Source: a virus
Lineage: Duplodnaviria; Caudoviricetes
Length of the DNA: 27,776 nucleotides
Virus record (IMG/VR): IMGVR_UViG_3300032219_001080
Location: 1 to 27,776 of that record
Reading direction: 5' to 3' (one strand)
Numbering within the stretch: position 1 is the first letter of the stretch; every line of letters starts with the position of its first letter. Shown in pieces: positions 1 to 8,297 of the stretch. The translations under genes and the position numbers were made by a program. Below the pieces are notes generated by a model. It worked only from the letters and a program-made list of their open reading frames with translations, did no database searches and was not told where the DNA came from.

Positions 1-189
1 TCGTCAGCACTAGCCATCGTTGGTGGTAGCGCAGTCATCGCACCTGAGTTGGAAATCTGGAAGTCTGCTGTACTCGCAGGTTTCGCCGCATGTGCCACCG
101 TTGTTCAGAAACTTGCACAGTCTTCACTTGATGGCAAGTTGACCTTTGATGAAATCAATGAGGCGTTCGGCTCTAAGCCAAAGGCATAG
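1..189 (+). CDS. 3' part of putative holin (membrane protein), truncated by window edge
   Basis: Open frame from base 1: SSALAIVGGSAVIAPELEIWKSAVLAGFAACATVVQKLAQSSLDGKLTFDEINEAFGSKPKA*; two hydrophobic segments and a charged tail, directly upstream of the endolysin. Confidence 0.6.
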   Translation, partial: SSALAIVGGSAVIAPELEIWKSAVLAGFAACATVVQKLAQSSLDGKLTFDEINEAFGSKPKA

Positions 190-191
190 TA

Positions 192-737
192 GTGCCAAAA
201 CCAAACTGGACTGTCCTACCAATCCACTGGTGTGAACATCTTAAAGGCAAGAAACCTTCTGAGATTACACCAGATATGGTCGCCCCCATCACAGGTGGAG
301 GCAAGTTGGAAAAGTGTGCTGCTGCTGCGTGGGAAGAAATGGTTGTTGCTGCTAAGGCGGATGGTGTAGTTCTTAAACCAACCAGTTCGGGTGATGCTTT
401 GCGTTCAGTTGCCCAGCAAACAGCAGGTTTTGTTAGCCGTTATCAGAAGGAACCTATTGCGGGTGCTTCAACTAAAACTTGGAACGGTGAAAAATGGTAT
501 CTGAAAAAGGGTATGGCTATGCTGGCTACACCATATGATGACCCAGCAAACGACAAAGCACGTGGTTCAAAACATTTGTACGGTATTGCTGTCGATGTGG
601 CGAACGCTAACGGCAAGGTTCTGGCTTGGCTACTGGAGAATGAAGTTAAGTTTGGGTTCTCGCATGAAGTTTTAGGGGACGCTAATGGTAAGGGCGCAGA
701 GCCTTGGCATATTCGTTTCGTAGGGAAGAAGGCTTAA
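192..737 (+). CDS. Endolysin, peptidase M15 (VanY/D-Ala-D-Ala carboxypeptidase-like) family
   Basis: Motifs S-G..RS...Q, SxHxxGxAxD (SKHLYGIAVD) and EPWH; located in lysis cassette. Confidence 0.88.
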   Translation: MPKPNWTVLPIHWCEHLKGKKPSEITPDMVAPITGGGKLEKCAAAAWEEMVVAAKADGVVLKPTSSGDALRSVAQQTAGFVSRYQKEPIAGASTKTWNGEKWYLKKGMAMLATPYDDPANDKARGSKHLYGIAVDVANANGKVLAWLLENEVKFGFSHEVLGDANGKGAEPWHIRFVGKKA

Positions 738-738
738 T

Positions 739-957
739 GTGGATACTGGGATTGCCTCTATTGGGGTTGCTGTTATTACTGGTTTTTTTGGTCTGCTAAC
801 TATTCTTTTGCAGAGACTAAAAAAAGAAAACACCAAAGACCACGAGATAGTTATGGGCATGTTGAAGATGGTGTACAAGAAGCAGGGTTCTGTTGAGTAC
901 AAGATTGACAAAGTGTCTGACCAATTGGGTGACCATCTAAAAAATCACAAAAAGTAA
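739..957 (+). CDS. Small single-pass membrane protein (lysis cassette, holin-like/accessory)
   Basis: N-terminal hydrophobic helix followed by basic/coiled-coil tail; follows endolysin after 1 nt. Confidence 0.6.
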   Translation: MDTGIASIGVAVITGFFGLLTILLQRLKKENTKDHEIVMGMLKMVYKKQGSVEYKIDKVSDQLGDHLKNHKK

Positions 958-997
958 TCGCAAGACAATTCAATAGGCTGGTATCTTGGTCGGTCCC

Positions 998-1147
998 ATG
1001 ACTCGCCAAACCTTAGAGACAATCCGCAAATACCTAGTGACCGCAAGGGTTTCCCGCCCCGAAGAAGACGAATTCTTCAAGGCACTCAACGAACTAGACC
1101 GCCTGCTTATCGCATCCTCGCGCCCGCGGGAGACAGTAAACTCTTGA
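998..1147 (+). CDS. Hypothetical 49-aa protein (not in ORF track)
   Basis: ATG 998, TGA 1145-1147; MTRQTLETIRKYLVTARVSRPEEDEFFKALNELDRLLIASSRPRETVNS; fills the gap and abuts the next ATG at 1149. Confidence 0.6.
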   Translation: MTRQTLETIRKYLVTARVSRPEEDEFFKALNELDRLLIASSRPRETVNS

Positions 1148-1148
1148 C

Positions 1149-1415
1149 ATGGAAGAAGGGCTAACACATCCCATAGTCACCGTCACGTGGATGGACGCGC
1201 ATGCCGCGACAGAAACATGGACACCATTGAGCGACATCGACCAAGAGCCGTGCATGGTGTTGAGTTGCGGGTTCCTGTTAGCAGTAGAACAAGGTGGCAA
1301 ACCTGACCATGTAACTATCTACCAATCGAAAACAGAAAGCGATGACGTGGATGGTGTGTTATGTATCCCCGTGGCGATGGTGAAGACGCTAAAAGTTTTT
1401 CCAATTAATACTTGA
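1149..1415 (+). CDS. Conserved-type phage hypothetical protein
   Basis: VTWMDA...W...SCGFLL...IP pattern typical of a small beta-rich phage protein family; function unknown. Confidence 0.7.
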   Translation: MEEGLTHPIVTVTWMDAHAATETWTPLSDIDQEPCMVLSCGFLLAVEQGGKPDHVTIYQSKTESDDVDGVLCIPVAMVKTLKVFPINT

Positions 1416-1441
1416 CATACAGTATTACTTGCTTGTAAGGT
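1412..1441 (+). promoter_or_regulatory. Sigma70/SigA-type promoter for recombination operon
   Basis: TTGACA (1412-1417), 18 bp, TAAGGT (1436-1441); SD AAGGGA before ATG 1474. Confidence 0.7.
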
Positions 1442-1473
1442 GAACCATATCAACTTACAACGAAGGGAAGCGA

Positions 1474-2433
1474 ATGGAAATCAAACGATTCCGCATAACC
1501 AAACCCACACACGGAGAACAAGACTGGCTTGACATCCGCTTCTGGGATGAACAGAAACGTAAACGAGTATCAGCATCAGCAGTAGCCGCAATCTACGGGC
1601 TACACCCATTTGTTCCGATGGACAAGTACGCTGCAGAACTGTTAGGTGACATACCCCCTGCACCTATCCCGCCAACATGGGCAATGACCCGTGGCAACGA
1701 CCTTGAACCACTCTGTATCAAATGGGCAATAGACCGAACAGGCATTGAGTTCTTCACACCTGAAGAAATGTTTGCTTGTGAAACCGACAACGGTGCGCGA
1801 ATGATTGCCACCCTTGACGGCTTCTATGAGAACGGTGATGACCGCAAGATACTTGAAATCAAAACCATGAACCGTGAATGGTCAGGCGTACTGCCCGACT
1901 ACTGGCGTATCCAAGGTATCCAGCAAGCCATCTGTGCTGACGTAAGTCAGGTGACATGGGGTGTGTTTGATTCCTCTATGAGTTTCTATATACACGAACA
2001 AATGATTAGCGAAGGAGAAAAGAATGAGCACATTGAAGCAGTCGGAAAGTGGCTGGCATCCTGCGATTTGGGCATCACACCTGAAGGTGTCAAGTGGTCG
2101 TACGAAACCATCACGACCCGCTACCAGCGTCCAACGGACACCACGATTGAACTCCCACCTGACACTCTTGACTTGGTCGCCCAACTCAAACAAGTAAAAA
2201 AACAGGTGAAGGAACTGAGCGTCATTGAGGACCAGTTGAAAGCAGAACTCTGCGATTTGATTGGGCAGAATGAATACGCTACGGTGAACGGCACGATGGT
2301 TGCCACATGGAAAGGCAAGACGTGGCAGTCACTTGACATCAAATCATTGAAGGCTTTAGAGCCAGCAATTGCAGACAAATACAGTAAGCAAGTAACCAAT
2401 AGAACACTTCTCTTGAAGGGAGAAAAGGCATGA
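1474..2433 (+). CDS. YqaJ-like viral recombinase exonuclease
   Basis: WL..R...vSAS.vAAI.G, RGNDLEP, ATLDG, LEIKT, Y..Q motifs of lambda-exonuclease/YqaJ family. Confidence 0.92.
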   Translation: MEIKRFRITKPTHGEQDWLDIRFWDEQKRKRVSASAVAAIYGLHPFVPMDKYAAELLGDIPPAPIPPTWAMTRGNDLEPLCIKWAIDRTGIEFFTPEEMFACETDNGARMIATLDGFYENGDDRKILEIKTMNREWSGVLPDYWRIQGIQQAICADVSQVTWGVFDSSMSFYIHEQMISEGEKNEHIEAVGKWLASCDLGITPEGVKWSYETITTRYQRPTDTTIELPPDTLDLVAQLKQVKKQVKELSVIEDQLKAELCDLIGQNEYATVNGTMVATWKGKTWQSLDIKSLKALEPAIADKYSKQVTNRTLLLKGEKA

Positions 2434-3068
2434 AATTAGAAGAAGTCCTCGGCAAGTATGGCGTACCAGACCCAAAGATTATTGGCAAACTACCTCGCGG
2501 TGGAACCTCACTTGATTTCGTGGGGCATGCTGACGTCACCAAGATGCTTATTGAAATCGACAGCGAGTGGACATGGGAGCCAGTTGCATTTGATGTAAAC
2601 GGTTTACCTGCGTACCGTGTAGAGAACGGCATGGCACACATGGCTGGATGGATGACCATTCACGGTGTACGCCGTCTCGGTATCGGCTCAGTCCAAGCAT
2701 CAAAGCCTGACTTACTCAAGGAACTTGTGTCCGACTTTATTCGTAATGCGGCTATGCGCTTCGGTGTATGCCTCGCACTATGGACCAAGCAAGAGTGGGA
2801 GTCAGACGATGCACCCGCAAAAGCACAGGTAGGCAGTAAGGCAGTAGTGCCAAAGGTTGCAAAGGTGGAGACACCAGCAGAACCCGAAGCAGACAAGGCT
2901 CTCACCCAGTCACAGGTAAAACAATTCGTGGATGCTTGCGACAAGATTGGTTTAGACCCAGCCATCGTCGCATCCAAAGCCAAACTAAATTGGGACGGCA
3001 TCATCATGCAGTCACAGTTGCCGTTGTTGCGTGACGCATTCACCGCATTGAAGAACGAAGGTGGATAG
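2430..3068 (+). CDS. Single-strand annealing protein, Rad52/Sak-like
   Basis: LDFVGHADV...W.W and KE..SD..RNAAMRFGV.L.LW motifs; ATGA-coupled to exonuclease. Confidence 0.8.
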   Translation: MKLEEVLGKYGVPDPKIIGKLPRGGTSLDFVGHADVTKMLIEIDSEWTWEPVAFDVNGLPAYRVENGMAHMAGWMTIHGVRRLGIGSVQASKPDLLKELVSDFIRNAAMRFGVCLALWTKQEWESDDAPAKAQVGSKAVVPKVAKVETPAEPEADKALTQSQVKQFVDACDKIGLDPAIVASKAKLNWDGIIMQSQLPLLRDAFTALKNEGG

Positions 3069-3070
3069 CA

Positions 3071-3265
3071 ATGGCTGCGAAACGAACCGTAGACCCAACA
3101 GGTAAAGACCGTTCAGTCAAGATGATTGCGTTGCGTATCACCGCACAGCAACATGAGGTGCTGACACAGTTGTGCCAACAGCGTGGCGTAGGGCGTAGTG
3201 CTTTACTTCGCCAACTGCTACAACAGGAGGTGAGGAATGTCCAAGGAACGAGCCAAGGGAACTAG
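3071..3265 (+). CDS. Ribbon-helix-helix DNA-binding protein
   Basis: Beta strand MIALRIT, then helix, GVGRSALLRQLL; CopG/Arc-like pattern. Confidence 0.75.
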   Translation: MAAKRTVDPTGKDRSVKMIALRITAQQHEVLTQLCQQRGVGRSALLRQLLQQEVRNVQGTSQGN

Positions 3266-3572
3266 TTTTGAGACGTTCGTAGTGAACTACCTCAAAGACT
3301 TTTACCCTCACGTCGAACGACGCACACTACAAGGCACGTTAGACAAAGGCGACATCACTGGAACAGACCCGCGTCTTGTATGGGAATGCAAGAACCATAA
3401 GACATTGAACTTCTCTGGCTGGTTACATGAGGCTGAGAACGAACGAGTGAACGCGAACGCAGAGATAGGTATAGTCGTGGCGAAGCGCCGTAACTATGGC
3501 AATCCTGCTGACCAGTATGCGCTTGTCCGTTTAGAAGACTTAGTGAAACTGTTGAAGCAAGCAGGCTACTAG
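3237..3572 (+). CDS. Holliday junction resolvase (Hjc-like PD-(D/E)XK nuclease)
   Basis: KG..FE..V..YL, GDI, ECK motifs typical of actinophage resolvases. Confidence 0.8.
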   Translation: MSKERAKGTSFETFVVNYLKDFYPHVERRTLQGTLDKGDITGTDPRLVWECKNHKTLNFSGWLHEAENERVNANAEIGIVVAKRRNYGNPADQYALVRLEDLVKLLKQAGY

Positions 3573-4006
3573 TGGCTGAGCGTACCGAAGGTTACGTACC
3601 ATCACATGACATCAAACAGTTTGACTTCACAAAAGATTTAGAGTTCGGACATCAAGGCGAAGAGATTGTTTTGCAGTTTCTTTCGGACTTAAGTCAGGGT
3701 TCTTTTGAGGTGAAGTATGACAGATACCGTAATGGTCGAATCTTCGTAGAGTACGAACAGAACCCACGTAATACAGGGTGGAAGCCAAGTGGGATACAGG
3801 TAACACAAGCGAAATGGTGGGTGTATTTGTTCTCACCCAACGCATTCGTTATAATTGAGGTACGCAGATTGAAACGCTACCTTAAACATAACGTCACTCA
3901 ACTCAGACAGTTGGTAGCGGCGGAACACTCAGACAACCCAGCGAAAGGCTTTCTTATATACCCAGAGCAGGTCAAGGAGTTGATGTCAGTATCCACCTAC
4001 GATTAG
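3572..4006 (+). CDS. Putative PD-(D/E)XK nuclease-fold protein
   Basis: G..GE, FEVKYD, GRIFVEY, KPSGI..T.A.WW pattern. Confidence 0.6.
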   Translation: MAERTEGYVPSHDIKQFDFTKDLEFGHQGEEIVLQFLSDLSQGSFEVKYDRYRNGRIFVEYEQNPRNTGWKPSGIQVTQAKWWVYLFSPNAFVIIEVRRLKRYLKHNVTQLRQLVAAEHSDNPAKGFLIYPEQVKELMSVSTYD

Positions 4007-4014
4007 GAGAATAA

Positions 4015-4485
4015 ATGTTAAAGATTTTTACAGCATTACTTATAGGTTTAGGTTTAGCAGGGGGAACGGTAGCGATGGCAGAAGCACCAGCGGAGAAGAC
4101 AGGGACGCCATCGTCAACCCACAACATTCGTTTAGTAAGGGAAGAACCATTGCCGATACCAGCAGATGCCAAAGTACCCCAATGGTGGGCGCTTGCACGT
4201 GAGGTTGGTTGGACAGAGGATGCATTGCCTACCCTTGACTACGTGATTTTTAGGGAGAGCCGTGGGTTCAACCGTTCCTTCAACCGCGAAGACCCGCATG
4301 GTGGAAGCCGTTGCTTGCTTCAACTGAATGGGTCATGGACTGGATGGCTGACCGACAAGGGCATCATCACTAAACCAGCAGACCTATTCAAGCCTGTCAC
4401 CTGTCTTACGGCAGGGCTAGCCATCTACCAGTACGGTATGGATAGGTACGGTTTCGGCTGGGGACCTTGGGCTATCAAGCCATAA
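4015..4485 (+). CDS. Secreted/membrane-anchored lytic transglycosylase (SLT/lysozyme-like fold)
   Basis: Signal-peptide-like N-terminus; catalytic RES, LLQLN (GLxQ variant), C-terminal GWGPW; SD AGGAG. Confidence 0.72.
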   Translation: MLKIFTALLIGLGLAGGTVAMAEAPAEKTGTPSSTHNIRLVREEPLPIPADAKVPQWWALAREVGWTEDALPTLDYVIFRESRGFNRSFNREDPHGGSRCLLQLNGSWTGWLTDKGIITKPADLFKPVTCLTAGLAIYQYGMDRYGFGWGPWAIKP

Positions 4486-4495
4486 ACTAAACACG

Positions 4496-4654
4496 ATGAA
4501 GGGCAGACACACAACAAGTTGGGTATGCGATGCGTGCAGTACACGCCTCATTACCCATGTAAAAGTTTCCGAACCACCAACCCATGTTTGTCTTGGGCGT
4601 GATAGGAATAGCACAACAAACAACATCCATCCCATGAAAGAGGAAACAAAATGA
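4496..4654 (+). CDS. Hypothetical 52-aa Zn-finger-like protein (not in ORF track)
   Basis: MKGRHTTSWVCDACSTRLITHVKVSEPPTHVCLG...; CxxC and HxC; ATGA overlap with ssb. Confidence 0.6.
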   Translation: MKGRHTTSWVCDACSTRLITHVKVSEPPTHVCLGRDRNSTTNNIHPMKEETK

Positions 4655-5049
4655 ATACCATCACCATTGTCGGCAACGCTGGCAAACCAATTGAGTTGAA
4701 GTACGGTCAATCAGGGCTAGCACAAGGCACGTTCTCTGTTGCTACCACATCAGGCAAAGACGAAAAGAAAGTTACCGTGTGGCACAATGTCACTGTCTTC
4801 GGACAGATGGCAGAGCACGCTGCATCATCCATCGAAAAGGGTAGTCGCGTGGTTGTTGTAGGCAAACTAGACATCTCGTCATACGAAAACAAAGAAGGTG
4901 TGAAGGTGTGGACAACCAAGATTTTGGCTGACGAAATCGGATTGACCATGCGTTTCAACAACGTGTTCGCAGACAAGAGCGAACAGGTACTGAAGCAGGT
5001 GACACAGAAGTTCGGAGCGCCATCGTTCCTTGAAGAAGAATCTTTCTAG
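4651..5049 (+). CDS. ssb: Single-stranded DNA-binding protein
   Basis: MNTITIVGN, FSVA, WHNVTVFG..AE, KGSRVVVVGKL, acidic C-terminus ending in F. Confidence 0.95.
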   Translation: MNTITIVGNAGKPIELKYGQSGLAQGTFSVATTSGKDEKKVTVWHNVTVFGQMAEHAASSIEKGSRVVVVGKLDISSYENKEGVKVWTTKILADEIGLTMRFNNVFADKSEQVLKQVTQKFGAPSFLEEESF

Positions 5050-5309
5050 TGGACATTATGAAACTGTCCTTTGACCAGTGGTTAGAGATTGGTCTTAGGG
5101 CAGGGTTCACCACCCCACCTGTCTGCTCAACCCATGACGGGCTACCGATGACGATTACTGAAGACGCAGAGTTCATGGACGGCTCTGACCCTTGCGTTTA
5201 TGTGATGCGTTGCTATGAAAGCGATGAGCAAAGAGAAGCAGTTGAAGCCAACTGTGGCGCGGTTATTTGGAGGAACCCATATAATGAGACAAGAGACAAA
5301 AGGCGCTGA
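5049..5309 (+). CDS. Hypothetical protein
   Basis: Coupled ORF with C..HDG.P and DPC motifs. Confidence 0.7.
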   Translation: MDIMKLSFDQWLEIGLRAGFTTPPVCSTHDGLPMTITEDAEFMDGSDPCVYVMRCYESDEQREAVEANCGAVIWRNPYNETRDKRR

Positions 5310-5601
5310 AGTCCTATTAGAAGCACACAACCTCATCACGGGGGACAGACACAACGAGTATGCCCACCCGTTAGAGGACTATACGCATACACGTGACATC
5401 TTTCACGCGCTTACGGGCATACATATGAGCGTAGAGGAAGCCATCCTGTTCATGGTTTCAGTCAAACTGTCCCGTCTTAGGACAGCAATGAGCGAAGGCA
5501 GATGGGCGCACGATACTGTCGTGGACACAGCAGGATACATTGGTTGCTTGTCTATGGTGAACGCGAAACGCACAGATGATTTCTTGGGTGAGGTTCGCTG
5601 A
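5284..5601 (+). CDS. DUF6378-like protein (related to dATP/dGTP diphosphohydrolase N-terminal domain)
   Basis: L.EA..LITGDR..Y.HP, M..VKLSR, DT.VD.AGY motifs; start moved to ATG 5284 (GGAGG upstream). Confidence 0.7.
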   Translation: MRQETKGAEVLLEAHNLITGDRHNEYAHPLEDYTHTRDIFHALTGIHMSVEEAILFMVSVKLSRLRTAMSEGRWAHDTVVDTAGYIGCLSMVNAKRTDDFLGEVR

Positions 5602-5699
5602 TGGTGCAGAAGGGCGAACGTAAACCATGTCCGTGTGACTTTCCGATTGGGAGAACACCCCTCGTGTGTGGTAAACCTGAAGAAGATGATGACGACTGA
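5601..5699 (+). CDS. Possible 32-aa Cys-containing peptide
   Basis: TGATG coupling, GAGG upstream; MVQKGERKPCPCDFPIGRTPLVCGKPEEDDDD. Confidence 0.45.
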   Translation: MVQKGERKPCPCDFPIGRTPLVCGKPEEDDDD

Positions 5700-5883
5700 T
5701 GACTTCCCGAATGGTAACTGTGTCCACCCGTGCGGGCATATGGGTATCTGTGACCATTGCGGGACAGTCAGCAAAGCGGTGCAAGTATGGACAGACTTTG
5801 AGATAGAGGGCTGTCAATGCCTCTGTCATAAGGCAAGAAAACTATTCGTTGGTGTAGCAAAGAAAACTAAGGGGCGCAAGTGA
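5686..5883 (+). CDS. Cys/His-rich hypothetical protein (putative Zn binding)
   Basis: CVHPCGH, CDHC, CQCLCH; GTGA overlap with whiB; start uncertain (5686/5689). Confidence 0.6.
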   Translation: MMTTDDFPNGNCVHPCGHMGICDHCGTVSKAVQVWTDFEIEGCQCLCHKARKLFVGVAKKTKGRK

Positions 5884-6134
5884 GAGAGTTAGAGTTGGGT
5901 TGGTATGACCGTGCGCGATGTAAAGGTATGGACGCCAAGATATTTTTCCCTGATATACCTGCTGGGTTGAACCATCGCGGTGTGTTTGATGAGGCGGTGA
6001 AGGTGTGCGGGCTGTGCTCGGTGCGCCGTGAGTGCTTGACTCTTGCTATGCAGGCGGAGACGAATGACATTCGCAGGTACGGGGTGTTCGGTGGCAAGAC
6101 CCCACGTCAGCGCGATGCGATTGCGGGTAAATAA
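5880..6134 (+). CDS. whiB: WhiB-family Fe-S transcription factor
   Basis: W...A.C....IFFP, A..VC..C.VR.EC, YGVFGG.T..QR; four conserved Cys. Confidence 0.95.
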   Translation: MRELELGWYDRARCKGMDAKIFFPDIPAGLNHRGVFDEAVKVCGLCSVRRECLTLAMQAETNDIRRYGVFGGKTPRQRDAIAGK

Positions 6135-6186
6135 AAAGTAGCCCTGCTCTACCACAGGAAGGGGAAACCGTGGGAGCAAGGCTACT
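6131..6186 (-). terminator. Intrinsic terminator between convergent operons
   Basis: Long imperfect stem AGTAGCC/GGCTACT + TGCTC/GAGCA + CCAC/GTGG; followed by TTTTTAT on minus strand. Confidence 0.75.
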
Positions 6187-6201
6187 CGGACTGTAATACT
6201 A

Positions 6202-6528
6202 TCAGACTTGGGTGTAGTACAACTTCCACCCGTCACATGCGTCACTGTTCATGGCGCAATGCTTCGCTGTTTGCTCGGACTGAAAGCGCCGTGCCTTTGC
6301 TTTATCCAAAGACCAACAGTTATCTATTGTCTTGGCGGTGGCGATGTGTCTGCCTGTCCAGTATTTATCTATGGATGGGTGCTTGCCGCAACGCTTGACC
6401 ACCCACCTATAGGTAGGCAGGGGCTGTGTGACGGGGTGGTTCTTCCTGTCGTAAGGCTTGACCCTGCGATACAAGGTGAGTGCGATGTCCACGCTCGGAC
6501 GGTTGAGTATCCATTTACGCATTCTCAT
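6202..6528 (-). CDS. Hypothetical protein
   Basis: ORF; likely start MRMRKW at 6528 with GAGGAG SD. Confidence 0.65.
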   Translation of the reverse strand: MRMRKWILNRPSVDIALTLYRRVKPYDRKNHPVTQPLPTYRWVVKRCGKHPSIDKYWTGRHIATAKTIDNCWSLDKAKARRFQSEQTAKHCAMNSDACDGWKLYYTQV

Positions 6529-6676
6529 TAGCCTGCTCCTCGTACTGTAGCCAGTCATTGATTAGTACTGTCCAACCCCAACGCTGTCGCAGTATCTCTA
6601 CTACCTCGCGTGCTGTTGGTTCGTTGGTGATGTGATGGTTCACCCAGTCTTCTAACATTTCGCGTGTGGTTCTCAT
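6515..6676 (-). CDS. Hypothetical 53-aa protein (not in ORF track)
   Basis: MRTTREMLEDWVNHHITNEPTAREVVEILRQRWGWTVLINDWLQYEEQANENA; ATGA overlap with upstream gene. Confidence 0.65.
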   Translation of the reverse strand: MRTTREMLEDWVNHHITNEPTAREVVEILRQRWGWTVLINDWLQYEEQANENA

Positions 6677-7071
6677 TCCGATACCGCGTCTGTCAGTTCA
6701 GCAATCACTTCGTCTATCTGACGTTGCGTCAGGTGCTGTCCCAGTGTGTACGTCAGCCAGTTGATTGGGTCATGCAGTAGGTTTGCCTTCGCTTCAATCC
6801 AACTCTGCTGTTGCTCTGTCATGCGTGCGCTGTTGAGTACCTGCATTGCGTCAGTGAATTGTTTGGCAAGTTCATCTGTGCCTGCGATGTACTCGCCGTC
6901 ACCCCTGTAGTCGCTTTCCCAATGGTCGTAACTTTCGTTGTAGATAGTTCCGTATGGGAAGAAACCTTCCTCGCTTTCAATGTCGTGATACCACGTCTTG
7001 GTACTGCTGTCGTAAGTCACGATGTAGTAGTGCTGTCGTTCTATCTTTTGGGTTAGGTCGTACACTTTCAT
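6673..7071 (-). CDS. Hypothetical protein
   Basis: Likely start MKVYDL at 7071 (TAATG coupling, GGGAG SD). Confidence 0.7.
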   Translation of the reverse strand: MKVYDLTQKIERQHYYIVTYDSSTKTWYHDIESEEGFFPYGTIYNESYDHWESDYRGDGEYIAGTDELAKQFTDAMQVLNSARMTEQQQSWIEAKANLLHDPINWLTYTLGQHLTQRQIDEVIAELTDAVSE

Positions 7072-7256
7072 TACGCTGTCTCCCATGCTTCTGCTTCGTT
7101 GGCATGAAAGTCCATGTCCATGCCATGTTGGTCTTGTAGGAACGCTGTTGCGTTTGCTATCGCTTGGTCTTCTTCTTCTGCTTGGACGTGTGTGGTTAGT
7201 GTGAAGTAATTTCCCACGAACTGTACTGTCCATGTAGTTTCTGTCGCGACACTCAT
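7071..7256 (-). CDS. Hypothetical protein
   Basis: AAGGAG SD, ATGA coupling. Confidence 0.7.
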   Translation of the reverse strand: MSVATETTWTVQFVGNYFTLTTHVQAEEEDQAIANATAFLQDQHGMDMDFHANEAEAWETA

Positions 7257-7396
7257 TGCGCTGTCTCCTTCTTGGAATTCTCATAGCGAACCATGAGCAT
7301 TTGTTGATATAACCTGTTCAATTCTTTTTTATTTTTAGGTTCGGCAAAACCTGCCTCGGTTAGTTCCCTTCTAATTGTTTGCTCAATGATGCTCAT
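7253..7396 (-). CDS. Hypothetical 47-aa protein (not in ORF track)
   Basis: MSIIEQTIRRELTEAGFAEPKNKKELNRLYQQMLMVRYENSKKETAQ; AAGGAG SD, ATGA coupling at both ends. Confidence 0.7.
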   Translation of the reverse strand: MSIIEQTIRRELTEAGFAEPKNKKELNRLYQQMLMVRYENSKKETAQ

Positions 7397-7575
7397 TGCG
7401 CTGTCTCCTTGTCCTTCATGCCCTGCTCAATGAGGAACTGGGCTTGGTTCAGTTGCTCTAACATTCCGAACGTTTGCATTGGGCGTAGTTCTCCCTGTCT
7501 TACGCCCTCACTTAGTAAGAAACGTAAGTCCTCAAACCCTCGGATTATTTCTGCTCGGATAGTTTCCTTAGTCAT
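7393..7575 (-). CDS. Hypothetical protein
   Basis: AAGGAG SD; helical 60-aa ORF. Confidence 0.7.
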   Translation of the reverse strand: MTKETIRAEIIRGFEDLRFLLSEGVRQGELRPMQTFGMLEQLNQAQFLIEQGMKDKETAQ

Positions 7576-7924
7576 TGCTGTTCTCCTTGTTGTATCGTGC
7601 GATGTGTTCTTCAGTTATATAAGCGTTGGTGCTTAGTGGTTGTATGTCGTAGTCGGTGCAGTGTTCGTCATAACAAACATCGCATAGGCTTTTATCCCAG
7701 TCGTAAGTCCTGTCCGTGTTGTCCTCGTTGTTTCCGATTGGGAATAAGTTGTGCTCATCGTGGAAGTCCTCTGTCCCCAGTGGCTTGTCGCAGTAGTGAC
7801 ACCTCGCGCTGAATGTTTTACCCAGTAGTCGCCACTTGATTATGGATAGACGTTGCTGTCCCGTGCTCAAAGTAGACCAGTCGGTCATCTTGAATTCGTC
7901 CCATTGGTCACGTATTTTTTTCAT
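7568..7924 (-). CDS. Hypothetical Zn-finger protein
   Basis: CHYC and CDVC pairs; AAGGAG SD. Confidence 0.7.
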   Translation of the reverse strand: MKKIRDQWDEFKMTDWSTLSTGQQRLSIIKWRLLGKTFSARCHYCDKPLGTEDFHDEHNLFPIGNNEDNTDRTYDWDKSLCDVCYDEHCTDYDIQPLSTNAYITEEHIARYNKENSND

Positions 7925-8130
7925 TGCTGTTCTCCTTCGTTGTTTGTAAATATCCCTACTTTGTTTTTGTAATCATCTACCAATGTTTCGGTGAGATAGT
8001 CAATAAAACTTTCAACTTCTTTCAGGCAGTGTTGCTTTATTTCTTCCCAAACAAAATCGGTCAGTGAGCCATTAGCCCAAACCTCAAAATCTTCTTTGGT
8101 TATTGTGGTGAACTTGATTGCTTCATTCAT
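7921..8130 (-). CDS. Hypothetical protein
   Basis: Likely start MNEAIK at 8130 with AAGGAG SD. Confidence 0.7.
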   Translation of the reverse strand: MNEAIKFTTITKEDFEVWANGSLTDFVWEEIKQHCLKEVESFIDYLTETLVDDYKNKVGIFTNNEGEQQ

Positions 8131-8297
8131 TGCTGTTCTCCTTCGTTGATGTCTTCCCATGTGATGTTGTCAATTACTACTTCGTCATAACCTTTATCTG
8201 TCCAGTACTCTGCTATCTGTCGTGCTTCTTCAAGTGTGACGGTGTAATCAGTGACTTCTCCGCCACCCACCCACACTGTCCAAGTCTTTGTAGTCAT
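8127..8297 (-). CDS. Hypothetical 56-aa protein (not in ORF track)
   Basis: MTTKTWTVWVGGGEVTDYTVTLEEARQIAEYWTDKGYDEVVIDNITWEDINEGEQQ; AAGGAG SD, ATGA coupling. Confidence 0.72.
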   Translation of the reverse strand: MTTKTWTVWVGGGEVTDYTVTLEEARQIAEYWTDKGYDEVVIDNITWEDINEGEQQ

